64,000 nt of DNA from Flavobacteriales bacterium (GCA_040377305.1 JBEIPA010000003.1:96001-160000); one strand, 5' to 3'; shown: positions 1 through 10,336, numbered from the stretch's first letter. Numbers and translations: made by a program. The notes: generated from the sequence alone by a model not told the origin.

Positions 1-1006
1 CTCCCGGATTGTTGATGTCAACTTCAACCAGCCTGAAATTCGGCGCACCGTGATCCGTACGCATGATGATTTTACCGTCGATGATGTCGAGCACTCCGTA
101 TTCATCAGCTTCGTCAGCCAACGGAACAATCGTTACGAATTCAGCATTCGGTTTCGTGAGATCTTTTACCATCAAGCCACTACCGTGTGTAGATTTTGAA
201 GAGTAAAGAATGAGCCACTTCTCGTCATCAGTTACATCCGGACCGAACATCCAATCCGGGTGTGCTTCGTCTTTGTAAACGAGAACGTCTTTTGACTGAT
301 CATCGCCCACTTTGTGATAAAATACTTTCTGATTTTGATTCGCTGCAGAAAGTGCGCTTCCTTCCGGCTTGTCAAATCTTCCGTAGAAGAATCCGTCTGC
401 TTTCCATGCTGCTCCGGAGAACTTAATCCACTCCAGGTGATCTTTCAGCTGTTCTCCAGTTGCAATGTCCTTCACATAAAATTCCGACCAGTCAGAACCG
501 GCTTTGCTGATCGAATACTGATAATATTTCCCATCATTCGAAGGAGAACCACCATTGAATGAAGAGGTTCCTTCTGCTGAAAGAGGATTCGGATCAAACA
601 ACACTTTTTCTGTTCCGCCCAGCGTGTCGACATAATATTGCACCGACTGATTCTGCAAACCATCGTTGCGCGAATAGAAATATCTTTTCCCACGACGATA
701 TGGCGCACTACGCTTCTCAAAATTCCAGATGGTAGTTAAACGCTCCTTAATCTTTTCGCGGTTGGCAATTTTCGAGAGATAGTCGAACGTCAATGCATTT
801 TGAGCATCTACCCATTTCGCAGTTGAATCAGAATTGTCGTCTTCCAGCCAGCGATAAGGGTCTGGAACCTGAACACCGAAATAGGTGTCGACAGTATCGA
901 CTTTGCGGGTTACCGGATATTTGTAGCCGGTTTCTTCCGCGCTGCCAGAAGAGCACGATTCAATCATAAGAATACCAGCGGTTGCAATAAGGAGGTTACG
1001 GATCAT
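1..1006 (-). CDS. Prolyl oligopeptidase family (S9A) serine peptidase, lipoprotein; N-terminal part, runs off the left edge
   Basis: Manual translation from ATG at 1006 gives MIRNLLIATAGILMIESCSSG...YKYPVTRKVDTVDTYFGVQVPDPYRWLEDD, the classic POP N-terminus with a lipobox-like Cys. It is absent from the ORF track because it is truncated. Confidence 0.92.
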   Translation of the reverse strand, partial: MIRNLLIATAGILMIESCSSGSAEETGYKYPVTRKVDTVDTYFGVQVPDPYRWLEDDNSDSTAKWVDAQNALTFDYLSKIANREKIKERLTTIWNFEKRSAPYRRGKRYFYSRNDGLQNQSVQYYVDTLGGTEKVLFDPNPLSAEGTSSFNGGSPSNDGKYYQYSISKAGSDWSEFYVKDIATGEQLKDHLEWIKFSGAAWKADGFFYGRFDKPEGSALSAANQNQKVFYHKVGDDQSKDVLVYKDEAHPDWMFGPDVTDDEKWLILYSSKSTHGSGLMVKDLTKPNAEFVTIVPLADEADEYGVLDIIDGKIIMRTDHGAPNFRLVEVDINNPG

Positions 1007-1023
1007 AGCGTTTGGATGAAGAT

Positions 1024-1031
1024 CAAATGTA
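1024..1031 (-). promoter_or_regulatory. Putative Bacteroidota -7 promoter element (TACATTTG)
   Basis: Matches TAnnTTTG, 17 nt upstream of the POP start codon. Confidence 0.5.
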
Positions 1032-1081
1032 ACAGGAATTCGTGGTGTAAATAATAGAGTTGTATGAACGGCGTTTAGAGT

Positions 1082-1167
1082 AGGGGAATTGAGGGATTAA
1101 GGGATTAGGGGATTTTGGGCCTGCTTGAAAGTTTAGCCCAAATACCCAATTCCCCAATCCCTGAATA
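1082..1167. repeat. Inverted pair of degenerate 8-nt tandem repeat arrays (GGGATTAG-like / CCCAATCC-like)
   Basis: aggggaattgagggattaagggattaggggattttgggc ... gcccaaatacccaattccccaatccctgaat. Confidence 0.75.
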
Positions 1168-1197
1168 AGGTTATTTTTACCCCGAAATTGCATCCTT

Positions 1198-2136
1198 ATG
1201 ACCGCCCAAAAGAAAGAAAAAGTCCAACCGAAGACCCAAAAAGTATACCGTAGCTATAATGGAAGTTGGGACGATATTGACTCGGAAGAAACGCCGGACA
1301 CCAGTGCGTGGAAACTGACTTACGATCGTGAGTTCACCAAAGACGGAGAACTGGTTTACGAAATTGAATTCGATGTTGCAGGTAGCGAAGTGCAGAAGCA
1401 GCTCAACACGTATAACGATAAGGAGAAAATCACCCGACACGAATTGTACAACGAAGGTCAGCTTGTAGAGACCATTGTATTCGAATACAACGAGAAGGGT
1501 TTGTTAGCTACAGAATACCGCGAGTTCGAAGAAGGATATCCGCTGTGGACAATTTATACATACGATGATGAAAATCGGGTGGTAGAGAAACGCATTGAAG
1601 ATACCGACGGAGAGCAGGAAAAGCGTGAAACTTTCGAGTATCACAGTGAGTGGAAAGACAAAGTGGTGAAGCACGAAGTGTACGACGAAGAAGATAGGCT
1701 CACTACTTCCGAAGAAACTGAGTTTGAATTGCGCGAGGGCGAAGTAAAGATCAAAGTGCAGCGCTTGACGGACAACACAATTAATCAAACGCGCAAAACG
1801 GTTTTCTACGATGCTAAAAATCGGGAAGACAATATCGCTTACGTTACATACAACGAAAAAGACAAAGCACTTGAGTTGTTTAAGGTGATATACGATGAGA
1901 ATGGTCGTGAAGTTGAAGAGCGTTCAGAATCGGTTTTGCCATCAGAAAACTTTGAAGTGATTTACACGTACGACGAAGAAGATCGCATCATTCACCAGGA
2001 ACATCGTCAGGGCGACCGCATTCTGAGCAAACACAATCGCCGCTTCAACGAAAAACATCTTCCTTCTTTTCACGGATTTCGTTCTGCGAACAGAGGAATG
2101 CATGTAGACTTCTTTGAGTATACGTATTTCAATTAG
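1198..2136 (+). CDS. Hypothetical acidic protein with YD/RHS-like beta-hairpin repeats
   Basis: 312-aa ORF with repeated Y-x-Y-D/N-E-x-G/D-R motifs (YTYDDENRV, FEYNEKGLL, IYDENGREV, YTYDEEDRI); no signal peptide. Confidence 0.7.
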   Translation: MTAQKKEKVQPKTQKVYRSYNGSWDDIDSEETPDTSAWKLTYDREFTKDGELVYEIEFDVAGSEVQKQLNTYNDKEKITRHELYNEGQLVETIVFEYNEKGLLATEYREFEEGYPLWTIYTYDDENRVVEKRIEDTDGEQEKRETFEYHSEWKDKVVKHEVYDEEDRLTTSEETEFELREGEVKIKVQRLTDNTINQTRKTVFYDAKNREDNIAYVTYNEKDKALELFKVIYDENGREVEERSESVLPSENFEVIYTYDEEDRIIHQEHRQGDRILSKHNRRFNEKHLPSFHGFRSANRGMHVDFFEYTYFN

Positions 2137-2201
2137 GTACTACTTTATTTCCTGAGTGAATTCCTGTTCAGGGTTGATTGATTAAAGCAAGGTGTGAAGA
2201 A

Positions 2202-2894
2202 ATGAGAAGAGTGTTGTTGGTGTTCGGAGTTCTCATTTCATTGTGCAACTACGCACAGGATAGTACACGCCGTACAGCAGCTCCTGCACCGAAATCGTTT
2301 CTTTCAACAATTCCTGCCCGTAGTATTTTGAGTGACTACAACATCGGTTACGCGCATTCTATTTCTTCGAAGTATACCTTGGAGTATCGCATCGGTTGGG
2401 TTCATCGGAACAATATTCTTCACGAGTACTACGAAGGCTGGTTCACTTCAACCGACTGCCGTTTTCACGGACCATCGTTCTACTTACAGCTGAACAAATG
2501 GAATTACATGAAAAGCATGCGCCGGTATTACTGGGGCATTATCACTGGCTATCGCTACACCTGGTATTACGAAAAGTCGTTGTGGCTGGGCGGTAATAGC
2601 GGAAGCAGTTTTGAGGAACGCCCGGTGTTGTCGCAATGGAGAAACGGTATTTATGTTCTGGGTACTTTGGGGATTCAGACCACGCGGGTGTCGACTTTTG
2701 AAATATCAGTAGGAATTCGCGTGATGCAGACTTATACGCACGTTTCAGATACACGATTTCATCCGCAGTATATGACGCCTGAAGAATACGACGAGTACCG
2801 CGTGAGCCTGATAACTGAAATTCCGTATGCGATGGGGTGGGGGATTCAACCTGTATTTCGCATTTCGAGCCGACTTGGTTTATTTGAGTGGTAA
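2202..2894 (+). CDS. Hypothetical exported protein, probable outer-membrane beta-barrel
   Basis: Signal peptide MRRVLLVFGVLISLCNYAQ; alternating aromatic/hydrophobic strands; ends in an aromatic residue (LFEW). Confidence 0.6.
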   Translation: MRRVLLVFGVLISLCNYAQDSTRRTAAPAPKSFLSTIPARSILSDYNIGYAHSISSKYTLEYRIGWVHRNNILHEYYEGWFTSTDCRFHGPSFYLQLNKWNYMKSMRRYYWGIITGYRYTWYYEKSLWLGGNSGSSFEERPVLSQWRNGIYVLGTLGIQTTRVSTFEISVGIRVMQTYTHVSDTRFHPQYMTPEEYDEYRVSLITEIPYAMGWGIQPVFRISSRLGLFEW

Positions 2895-2966
2895 TCTCTG
2901 CGCACACTTCAAAGACCTTTGAAGTGTATGGTGGTCACCGTCGGGCATCAGCCGGCGTTACTTAGG

Positions 2967-5900
2967 CTACTCAAACACTACATTACCGATTCTGATAATC
3001 ACTTTCGTGCCAAGCGATTCTCCATTCGCATCTACAACATCCACAATTTCCATATAACTCTTCGGCTTGCCTTCCTCGCTCATCTGCTCCAAACGCTCAC
3101 GCGTAATTTCCATCGCAGCCGACTTGTGATCTTTCTTAATGCCCGCTTCGTACTCTGCAGCTTTCTTGCGACCAACACCGTTATCCTCCACTTCACAGAT
3201 GATGTATTGCTGATCGCCATTCTCTCCATCTGCTTTTCCTGCCAATAGGAAACGAATGGTCAAAATTCCACCGCCTTCAATTTTGTGCTTCAGTCCGTGA
3301 ATGATTGCATTCTCAACAAATGGCTGCACCAGCATCACCGGAATAAAAGTGGACTCGTGTTGTATCCGTTCATCAATCTCGATAATCGTCTGGAACGGAT
3401 TAGCATGACTCATTGCTTCCAGCGCGGTGTAGTTGTACAGCAATTCCGTTTCCTGTTCAATGCTTGTGTATGACGTGCGCGAATTCTCCAACGTCATACG
3501 CATGAGTTTACCGAACTTCGCGAGATACTTTCTTGCTTCAGCAGAATCGTTGCGCGCAATGTATCCGTTAATGGATTGCAACGCATTGAAAATAAAATGC
3601 GGATTCATCTGCAAACGCAAAGCTTTCTGTTCCAATTCAAGAACGTGTTTCTCTAAGCGAACTTTCGAAAGCAATTCTTTCCCGCGACGTTGTGCAGTTT
3701 TCAGTCTCCATCGGAAGATAATGATGAGCAACAACAATATTCCTCCACCCACAGCAAGTCGAAACGGCCACGTCTGGTAAACCGGTGGTGTTATCCGGAA
3801 GCTGAACGTCTGAAGATCGCTCCAGTAGCCATCGCTGTTTTTCGCTTGCACCTGGAATGTAAAATCACCGGGTTGTAAGTTTGAATACGTTGCTTGGCGC
3901 TCACTGTTTTCCGGAACCCAATCTGTTTCGAAGCCAACAAGTCTCCAGCGAAATTTCACACCTTCCGGATTTCTCAAGTCAATACCCGTGAACTCAAAAC
4001 GCAGGTGATTTTCTTCATACGGTAACTCAAGCGACTCCGGCACCGGAAACCATTTATATCCGCCCTGCCGACTTCCGTATTGCGTTTCTTCAATCGGATC
4101 GAAGAACAAGCGAATGCCCGTGATGTGAATCTTCGGTGGTGTTTCAGTGATAAAATCATTTTCCGGATGATATACACTCGCACCGTTAATTGTTCCGAAC
4201 CAAACTCCGGTTCCGCTGTCGAGACAAGCCGCATTCAGACTCACTTCAATTCCTGTGAAACCTTCACCTTTTCCGTAGTGCTTTACACTGGTGATTTTTC
4301 CGGATGCATCATACAATGCACGGTCAACACCTTTCTCAGTGCCCACCCAAAGATGTCCGGTCTTATCTGCGAGCAGTGAATACACATTGTCCGAAGCCAG
4401 TTTATTTGCAACGGTATACTTCATAAACTCGTTTCCGACATACGATGTGATTCCACCAGCGCCGCCGAACCAAAGATTTCCATAGTTGTCTGTGGTGATG
4501 GAACGCACAAAATTTCCAGCGAGACCATCAGCCGCGGTAAAATGCTGTTTCACTCTAGTAGATAGCGTATCATAGTCCATGAGAAAAACTCCTGCGTTCG
4601 TCGCCACCCAAATATTTCCTTGCGCATCACCGGCAATGCAATTCACCCGATCACTTTTCGGAACCGTAAATCCTGAATCTTTTCCGACTTTGAAAATCTG
4701 ATCAGTGGCCGGATCATAAATGCTGATGTAACCACCTGCAGTTCCAATCCACGTTCTGTTGAGCGAATCAACATACAAGCATTGAATAATGGAAAGTGAA
4801 AGTCCGTCGTTTCTCGTGTAGTGTGTGAATGAACCATTCGATAAACTATAAACACCATCGCCAGTGGTTCCAAACCAAAGCTTCCCCGCAGTATCCTGCG
4901 CCATCGCGCGCACTTTGTACGATGTAAATCCTGCACCATCGAAGTAGTTCGTGAAGTATTCTCCGTCGTATTCAGTCACTCCGCCATTCGATGTTGCAAA
5001 CCACATGTGATTCAACGTATCACACAACACGGTGTATACCCACGGACCCATATCGCCGCTTTTCTCATTGAAGTGGATGAATCGTTCTCCATCTAATCGA
5101 CACAATCCTCCACCGGAAGTACCGAACCACATGTTGCCCCAGGAATCTTCCAGGATGCACGACATGGCATTGCTGCACAAACCTTGTTGCTCAGTGAAGT
5201 TGGTAACCTTGTCTCCATCCAATCGCGTTACACCACTGGCAGTTGCAATCCACAATCTGCCGAATCGATCTACTTCAAGACAATGCACGGTATTGTTTGT
5301 GAGTCCATCTTCTTGCGTGAAACGTGTGAACTTTCCATTCTTCTGCAATTGATATAATCCACTTCCGTAAGACGCAAACCACAATCTTCCCAAACCATCT
5401 CGTGCAACAGAATAGATCGAACCAACACCTGGAAGTCCATTGCTTCTGTCATAACGTTGTGTTGTTCCGTCAGTCTTAAAATGCATTGCACCCATTTCGG
5501 TTCCGACCCAAACAGACCCATCTGTGTCTTCGTAAATGCAGTTGATCCACGACGATGGAAGAATGTCGACTTCAGAAGTACGGTTCGGGTCGCGCTCACG
5601 GTAGGTGGTGACTAGATTATTTTCAATCACAAACAATCCGGTGTCTTCTGTACCAATCCAGGTTCTTCCGTCGGCACCGCAATGAATCGCACGAATGTTG
5701 TGTGGTCTTCCTGGTAATTTTACTTCTGAAAACGAAATTCCATTGAAAATGCAGGCGCCTTCATCTGTTCCAATCCACACATTGCCATCCTTGTCAGTTG
5801 CGATGGTGCGTACAAAATCGTTCACCAATCCGTCGTATGTTTTGTAGTTGCGGAATTCTGTCCCGTCGAAACGACTAACTCCACCGCCACGCGTTCCAAG

Positions 5901-6050
5901 CCACAGATAACCTCTGGCATCCTCGCAAATTGCAAATACCTGCGACTGGGCGAGTCCATCAGCCACAGAATAACTGCGAAAGTTATACTGTTGAGCAGAG
6001 AGAAAACCGCTCAAAACACACAAGAAAAGACCAATCAGAAGCCTCCGCAT
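2967..6050 (-). CDS. Sensor histidine kinase: Reg_prop beta-propellers + Y_Y_Y + TM + LytS/YehU-type kinase
   Basis: Repeats such as DGLVNDFVRTIATDKDGNVWIGT; Y_Y_Y motif ATYSNLQPGDFTFQVQA; H-box LRLQMNPHFIFNAL; QPFVENAIIHG; EDNGVGR. Confidence 0.92.
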   Translation of the reverse strand: MRRLLIGLFLCVLSGFLSAQQYNFRSYSVADGLAQSQVFAICEDARGYLWLGTRGGGVSRFDGTEFRNYKTYDGLVNDFVRTIATDKDGNVWIGTDEGACIFNGISFSEVKLPGRPHNIRAIHCGADGRTWIGTEDTGLFVIENNLVTTYRERDPNRTSEVDILPSSWINCIYEDTDGSVWVGTEMGAMHFKTDGTTQRYDRSNGLPGVGSIYSVARDGLGRLWFASYGSGLYQLQKNGKFTRFTQEDGLTNNTVHCLEVDRFGRLWIATASGVTRLDGDKVTNFTEQQGLCSNAMSCILEDSWGNMWFGTSGGGLCRLDGERFIHFNEKSGDMGPWVYTVLCDTLNHMWFATSNGGVTEYDGEYFTNYFDGAGFTSYKVRAMAQDTAGKLWFGTTGDGVYSLSNGSFTHYTRNDGLSLSIIQCLYVDSLNRTWIGTAGGYISIYDPATDQIFKVGKDSGFTVPKSDRVNCIAGDAQGNIWVATNAGVFLMDYDTLSTRVKQHFTAADGLAGNFVRSITTDNYGNLWFGGAGGITSYVGNEFMKYTVANKLASDNVYSLLADKTGHLWVGTEKGVDRALYDASGKITSVKHYGKGEGFTGIEVSLNAACLDSGTGVWFGTINGASVYHPENDFITETPPKIHITGIRLFFDPIEETQYGSRQGGYKWFPVPESLELPYEENHLRFEFTGIDLRNPEGVKFRWRLVGFETDWVPENSERQATYSNLQPGDFTFQVQAKNSDGYWSDLQTFSFRITPPVYQTWPFRLAVGGGILLLLIIIFRWRLKTAQRRGKELLSKVRLEKHVLELEQKALRLQMNPHFIFNALQSINGYIARNDSAEARKYLAKFGKLMRMTLENSRTSYTSIEQETELLYNYTALEAMSHANPFQTIIEIDERIQHESTFIPVMLVQPFVENAIIHGLKHKIEGGGILTIRFLLAGKADGENGDQQYIICEVEDNGVGRKKAAEYEAGIKKDHKSAAMEITRERLEQMSEEGKPKSYMEIVDVVDANGESLGTKVIIRIGNVVFE

Positions 6051-6189
6051 AGACAGATCACCAAGTTATTGCAAAAAAGCACCCCTTTCCCATTGGAAAA
6101 ATATTGTGCGCCCGTTTGAACTTTTTTAACAGATGGGTGTACCGGATTGTTGAATGACTCATTGGGCTTAAAACCCGAACTTTGATACG

Positions 6190-7440
6190 ATGAAATCCTT
6201 GAAAGAAATCTCCCTGTTGTTGAACAATCGATCTGGCAAGTCGTCGCAGTTTCTGACCATTTTGCTGTTCACAGTACTGCTTCTGCCTGCTGACGGCTGG
6301 AGTCAGGCAAATCCAGCGAACAACAATCAGAACATGAACATGAATTCACAGATCAACTATGATCTGTCGGCTCAATATTCTGCGCTCATGGATCCGATCT
6401 ATGGTTATGGCGCAACGGAAAGTACCACCAATTTCTCTGCAAGAAACTATTGGTCGATGTACACAGCCGCGAACCCGAATGATGCGGATGCATGGTTCAA
6501 TTACTACCGTTCCACCCGATACATTGCAGAAGGCAGCGCAGGTTTCAAGGAATTGCAGGCCGATCTCGATACAATCGCAAATCACCTGCGGAAACATTCG
6601 CAAGGAACGTGGGAGCAATTGATCGTTGAATACTGGAACAGCAATCGCGACCCGAAAAAGGAAGCAGCACTCAATTCAGCGTATGCCTTGCGTCCAACGG
6701 ATCCTATCACCTTACGTTTCATGACCGGAATGGAATACTTGCACGGAAAGACGCGCTCCGTGTATAATTACTACGTAAAGTGGAAAGCAACCGGAGAGTT
6801 GCCCTTGTCGACGGAGAGTTATGCCTACAACGTCATGCAGTCAATTCCTACAGATGCAATTCTCTTCACGAATGGAGAAATGGACACGTATCCGTTGCTT
6901 TATCAAATGCAGACGATTGGAGCAAGCGGGGTGAAGGTTGTGAGCATTGCGCTCTGTAATCGCACAGATAATCGCTCTAAGATTTTTTCGAATGCCGGAT
7001 TGGCGATTCCAGACAACGATCTGACTTCCGCAATCAACGCCGCGTATATTGCCCGCGTTGCAGCTGCAAATCCTACGAAGAAAATTTATGTCGCTTCAAC
7101 CTGCGGAGCAACTGTTCTCAAAGCATTGCAGTCAAATCTGTATTGCACCGGACTTGCATTCCGTTACAGCGAAACCCCGATTGACCATCTCACTTATCTG
7201 CGTGACAATGTGGGTTCGCGTTTCAAGCTCGACAACGTTGGCAAACCACGTTCAAGTACGAATCGCTTCGATGTGAATTATTCTTCCAGTCTCGAGATGA
7301 ATTATTACCTGCCGTTGCTGATTGCAGCGGATCAGTACGTACAGGCTGGAAATCCAACACGGGCCGCGCAGTTGAGAGCGAAAGCAATTACTATCCGTCA
7401 GCGTGCAGGCTACGACGAACCTATTCGCAGCGAAGAGTGA
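6190..7440 (+). CDS. Exported hypothetical protein with a segment resembling the DUF2723/TMEM260 periplasmic domain
   Basis: Signal peptide; helical N-terminal half; motif YAYNVMQSIPTDAILFTNGEMDTYPL resembles DUF2723 'NAILFTNGDNDTFPLWY'. Stop overlaps the sigma start (GTGA). Confidence 0.6.
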   Translation: MKSLKEISLLLNNRSGKSSQFLTILLFTVLLLPADGWSQANPANNNQNMNMNSQINYDLSAQYSALMDPIYGYGATESTTNFSARNYWSMYTAANPNDADAWFNYYRSTRYIAEGSAGFKELQADLDTIANHLRKHSQGTWEQLIVEYWNSNRDPKKEAALNSAYALRPTDPITLRFMTGMEYLHGKTRSVYNYYVKWKATGELPLSTESYAYNVMQSIPTDAILFTNGEMDTYPLLYQMQTIGASGVKVVSIALCNRTDNRSKIFSNAGLAIPDNDLTSAINAAYIARVAAANPTKKIYVASTCGATVLKALQSNLYCTGLAFRYSETPIDHLTYLRDNVGSRFKLDNVGKPRSSTNRFDVNYSSSLEMNYYLPLLIAADQYVQAGNPTRAAQLRAKAITIRQRAGYDEPIRSEE

Positions 7441-8030
7441 ACCTGTTCGGTAGCACATATAAAACGCTGAGCGACGAGGAATTGATGACGCGGGTAGCAC
7501 GTGGAGACAAACGGGCGTTCGATACGGTGTACACACGTCACTCACCGGCGTTGATGCGTTATTTTCATCGCATGTTGTGGCGCGACAAAGAGAAGTCGGA
7601 AGATTTTGTGCAGGATTTTTTCATGAAAATCATCAAGCAGCCCGCTTCATTTGATTCGCAGAGAAAGTTCACAACGTGGATGTACAGCGTGGCACACAAC
7701 ATGTGTAAAAATGAATACCGCAAGATGGAGATTCGTAAGCCTACCGAGTTTGAAAGTGTTTCGGGAATTCTTCCAAGCGAACAATTGGAAGCCGGCAAAC
7801 GCATAGATCGGAAGGCATTCATGAATAGCCTCGGTGCGGAACTGGAAAAACTCGACGAAGGTCAGCGTACTGTTTTTGTGCTGCGCTACGAAGAGAATTT
7901 ATCGATCAAAGAAATCGGGGACATTATGGACATCTCCGAGGGAACAGTGAAGTCACGATTATTTTATACCCTGCGAAAGCTTTCGGATAAATTGAAAGTA
8001 TATGCGCCGGAAAATAGGACAGCAAGATGA
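7437..8030 (+). CDS. ECF-subfamily RNA polymerase sigma-70 factor
   Basis: SDEELM..VARGDKRAF; SEDFVQDFF; FTTWMYSVAHNMCKNEYRK; region 4 LSIKEIGDIMDISEGTVKSRLFY. Confidence 0.95.
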   Translation: MNLFGSTYKTLSDEELMTRVARGDKRAFDTVYTRHSPALMRYFHRMLWRDKEKSEDFVQDFFMKIIKQPASFDSQRKFTTWMYSVAHNMCKNEYRKMEIRKPTEFESVSGILPSEQLEAGKRIDRKAFMNSLGAELEKLDEGQRTVFVLRYEENLSIKEIGDIMDISEGTVKSRLFYTLRKLSDKLKVYAPENRTAR

Positions 8031-8902
8031 GCACAGAATTTGAAAACAGCAGCGTTGACCTCGAGCAATTGCTTCGCACGAAATCGTGGGAGCAACTGAG
8101 TGAGGCGGAGCGCACCGAAATGTTGACCGTTGTTTCTGGTCGCGAAGAATACATGCGCATGTTCGCAATGACCAATCAGCTCATGTCTGGAAGCGGTGTG
8201 CACGATGAGGATTTGAAACCCGCTGAGAATATTCGGGAGAATCTGATGAATGCATTTGCCGGAGAGCAGCGCAAGCGACGTGCAGCATGGTGGAGCAGTC
8301 TTTGGTACGGTTTGAGCGACAAGCTTCGTTTTGATATTCCGATGGTGCGCATTGCAGTTGCAGCTGTATTATTGCTTGCAGGTGTATTTGGTGTTGCGAA
8401 GTTGATGGAAAATAACGGCGAACCACGGATTGTGAACGCTCCGCAGATTAACACCAATGATGGGAATGCAAATCCGGCACCAACAAACGATAACAACATT
8501 GTTGAGCAGCCGGTGAATAATGTACCTGTTCCAAATCCCGACCAGCAGGTTGTGGTTGACTCGCAGGTGAATCTGAATACGCCTCAGGTTGCAATAGTTA
8601 ATCCGAATGTTCCGCAGAACAATATCATTCAGGATTCAACACCGCAGTACATCACCGCATTCACGAACAACGGGCAGCCGCTGATTGTAGATTCCAATAT
8701 GTTGGTTCTCCCCACAGCAACGTTCAACGCTACGAATTTCTGCTGCGCCACGTCGAATGGTACACTGAGTTTAACCACTAACGGAGGAAGCAATATCCAA
8801 TGGACTCCAACCGCAACCGCAACAGTAATTGGTTTGCCTGTACGTTCACGTTCATTGCAGAGTGATGCGGATGTGTTGGATGTGTTCTTTGCCGTGAAAT
8901 AG
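8027..8902 (+). CDS. Putative single-pass anti-sigma factor
   Basis: Translationally coupled to the ECF sigma (ATGA overlap); cytoplasmic N-domain, one TM (IAVAAVLLLAGVFGVA), N/P/Q-rich periplasmic tail. Confidence 0.7.
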   Translation: MSTEFENSSVDLEQLLRTKSWEQLSEAERTEMLTVVSGREEYMRMFAMTNQLMSGSGVHDEDLKPAENIRENLMNAFAGEQRKRRAAWWSSLWYGLSDKLRFDIPMVRIAVAAVLLLAGVFGVAKLMENNGEPRIVNAPQINTNDGNANPAPTNDNNIVEQPVNNVPVPNPDQQVVVDSQVNLNTPQVAIVNPNVPQNNIIQDSTPQYITAFTNNGQPLIVDSNMLVLPTATFNATNFCCATSNGTLSLTTNGGSNIQWTPTATATVIGLPVRSRSLQSDADVLDVFFAVK

Positions 8903-9000
8903 TTCCTTGTCCGTGCCATTTGGAGATGATGTTCGGATTATTGAATCAGCATCCTGTCGCGGTGTTGTGACTTGACAACTGCGCTCATCCGATCATCAAA

Positions 9001-10332
9001 TTATTTTATCATCCCATCATTAGTCGGAGAGCCAGGAATCTTCCCAAACGCATCCCAATATTTCTCTTTCGTCATTTCCGACCAATGAATAAGGTGATAG
9101 CGATATTGCCACGTCTGAAACTGGCAGAATAAAGTCAGCACAACGATCAGAGAAATCACTGTGTTTTTCACCGCGCGAACCTTGATGTAGCTGATCAGGA
9201 AATACAGCAGCAAAGCAAAGATCGGCAAGTACTCCACAATAACACGCGTACCGAAGCTGCCGCCGTAGAACCACATCCACCAACAGGACAGAATATACAT
9301 CACTCCCAGAAGAAATGCAGATGCGAATACAGCTTTGCTCTTGTCTTTCTTCCACAGCTGTGCAATTCCGAACAAAGCCACAAATGTGATTGGCAAATAC
9401 ACAAACAAACCTTTCTTGTAGCTAAACAGGAAGTCGATCAGATGCGGTTGTGTGAAATGAAATGCTTCGTCACCATACGAGTTGTAGAACCATTCACCAG
9501 TTTGAATTTTCCAGATGATCATCTGAATGAAAAACGGAAGAAAGATCCAGATAGGGGCAAGGATGGCATGACGTGTTGAACGCAAAAGCGAAAGCTTGTG
9601 CTGCCAAAGCTTCATTACACCACCAGCTTCATAGATCAACCAGAATCCGATCAGCACATTCACCGGACGAACGAGGGCAATCATTCCGAATGCCAATGCT
9701 GCTTTTATCGCTGATGATTTATCGCTGCTGTCAATCCACTTTTTCCCGAAGTACAAAAATAGGCTCACCAGCGAGAACGAGTAGAGGTGAGACATCGTCG
9801 GTTCAATGATCGTGTAGTAGAAAAGATTCGTCCCGAAGAAAATCACGTACAGCACAAACGCCGACTGATCTTCTTTCGCTCCATGTGCGTGAAGAAACTT
9901 TCTCAGGTAGTGTAGTCCGACTGCAAGCCAGAACAACGCTCCAATACAGGTGAAAATTACATACCACTTGCTATATCCGTCTGCGGGTTGATCGCTCATC
10001 AAAGTCACAGCATGACCCGCAAGAAAGAACGGGAGTTGCATGATTGCCACTCCGCTGAAATATTTGTCAATGGGTTTTCCCGGTTCTCCAGCACGATAAT
10101 CGTATTTCACGTGCTCATCGTAATACTTCGCTTCAATGGTGTCGAAGAATCCGAAGCTGAGATCGTGATAAATGAATACTGCGGGCAAATAGCTGTAATA
10201 TCCTTTTCCATCGGAAATGATGGTGTACTTGCGCCCTTGTTCGCTCCATTTCAGGTTCGAGGAACTAAACAATCCGATCAGCAAAATGATTGGAATGCAA
10301 AAACGGGAGAAGATGTGTGAAACGGGACGCAC
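9001..10332 (-). CDS. Polytopic membrane protein, GT-C-like (PMT_2/ArnT-like) glycosyltransferase
   Basis: About 10 TM segments; acidic first loop ISDGKGYYSYL; EPTMSHLYSF; LVRP; WFYGGSFGTR. Confidence 0.65.
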   Translation of the reverse strand: MRPVSHIFSRFCIPIILLIGLFSSSNLKWSEQGRKYTIISDGKGYYSYLPAVFIYHDLSFGFFDTIEAKYYDEHVKYDYRAGEPGKPIDKYFSGVAIMQLPFFLAGHAVTLMSDQPADGYSKWYVIFTCIGALFWLAVGLHYLRKFLHAHGAKEDQSAFVLYVIFFGTNLFYYTIIEPTMSHLYSFSLVSLFLYFGKKWIDSSDKSSAIKAALAFGMIALVRPVNVLIGFWLIYEAGGVMKLWQHKLSLLRSTRHAILAPIWIFLPFFIQMIIWKIQTGEWFYNSYGDEAFHFTQPHLIDFLFSYKKGLFVYLPITFVALFGIAQLWKKDKSKAVFASAFLLGVMYILSCWWMWFYGGSFGTRVIVEYLPIFALLLYFLISYIKVRAVKNTVISLIVVLTLFCQFQTWQYRYHLIHWSEMTKEKYWDAFGKIPGSPTNDGMIK

Positions 10333-10336
10333 GAGT

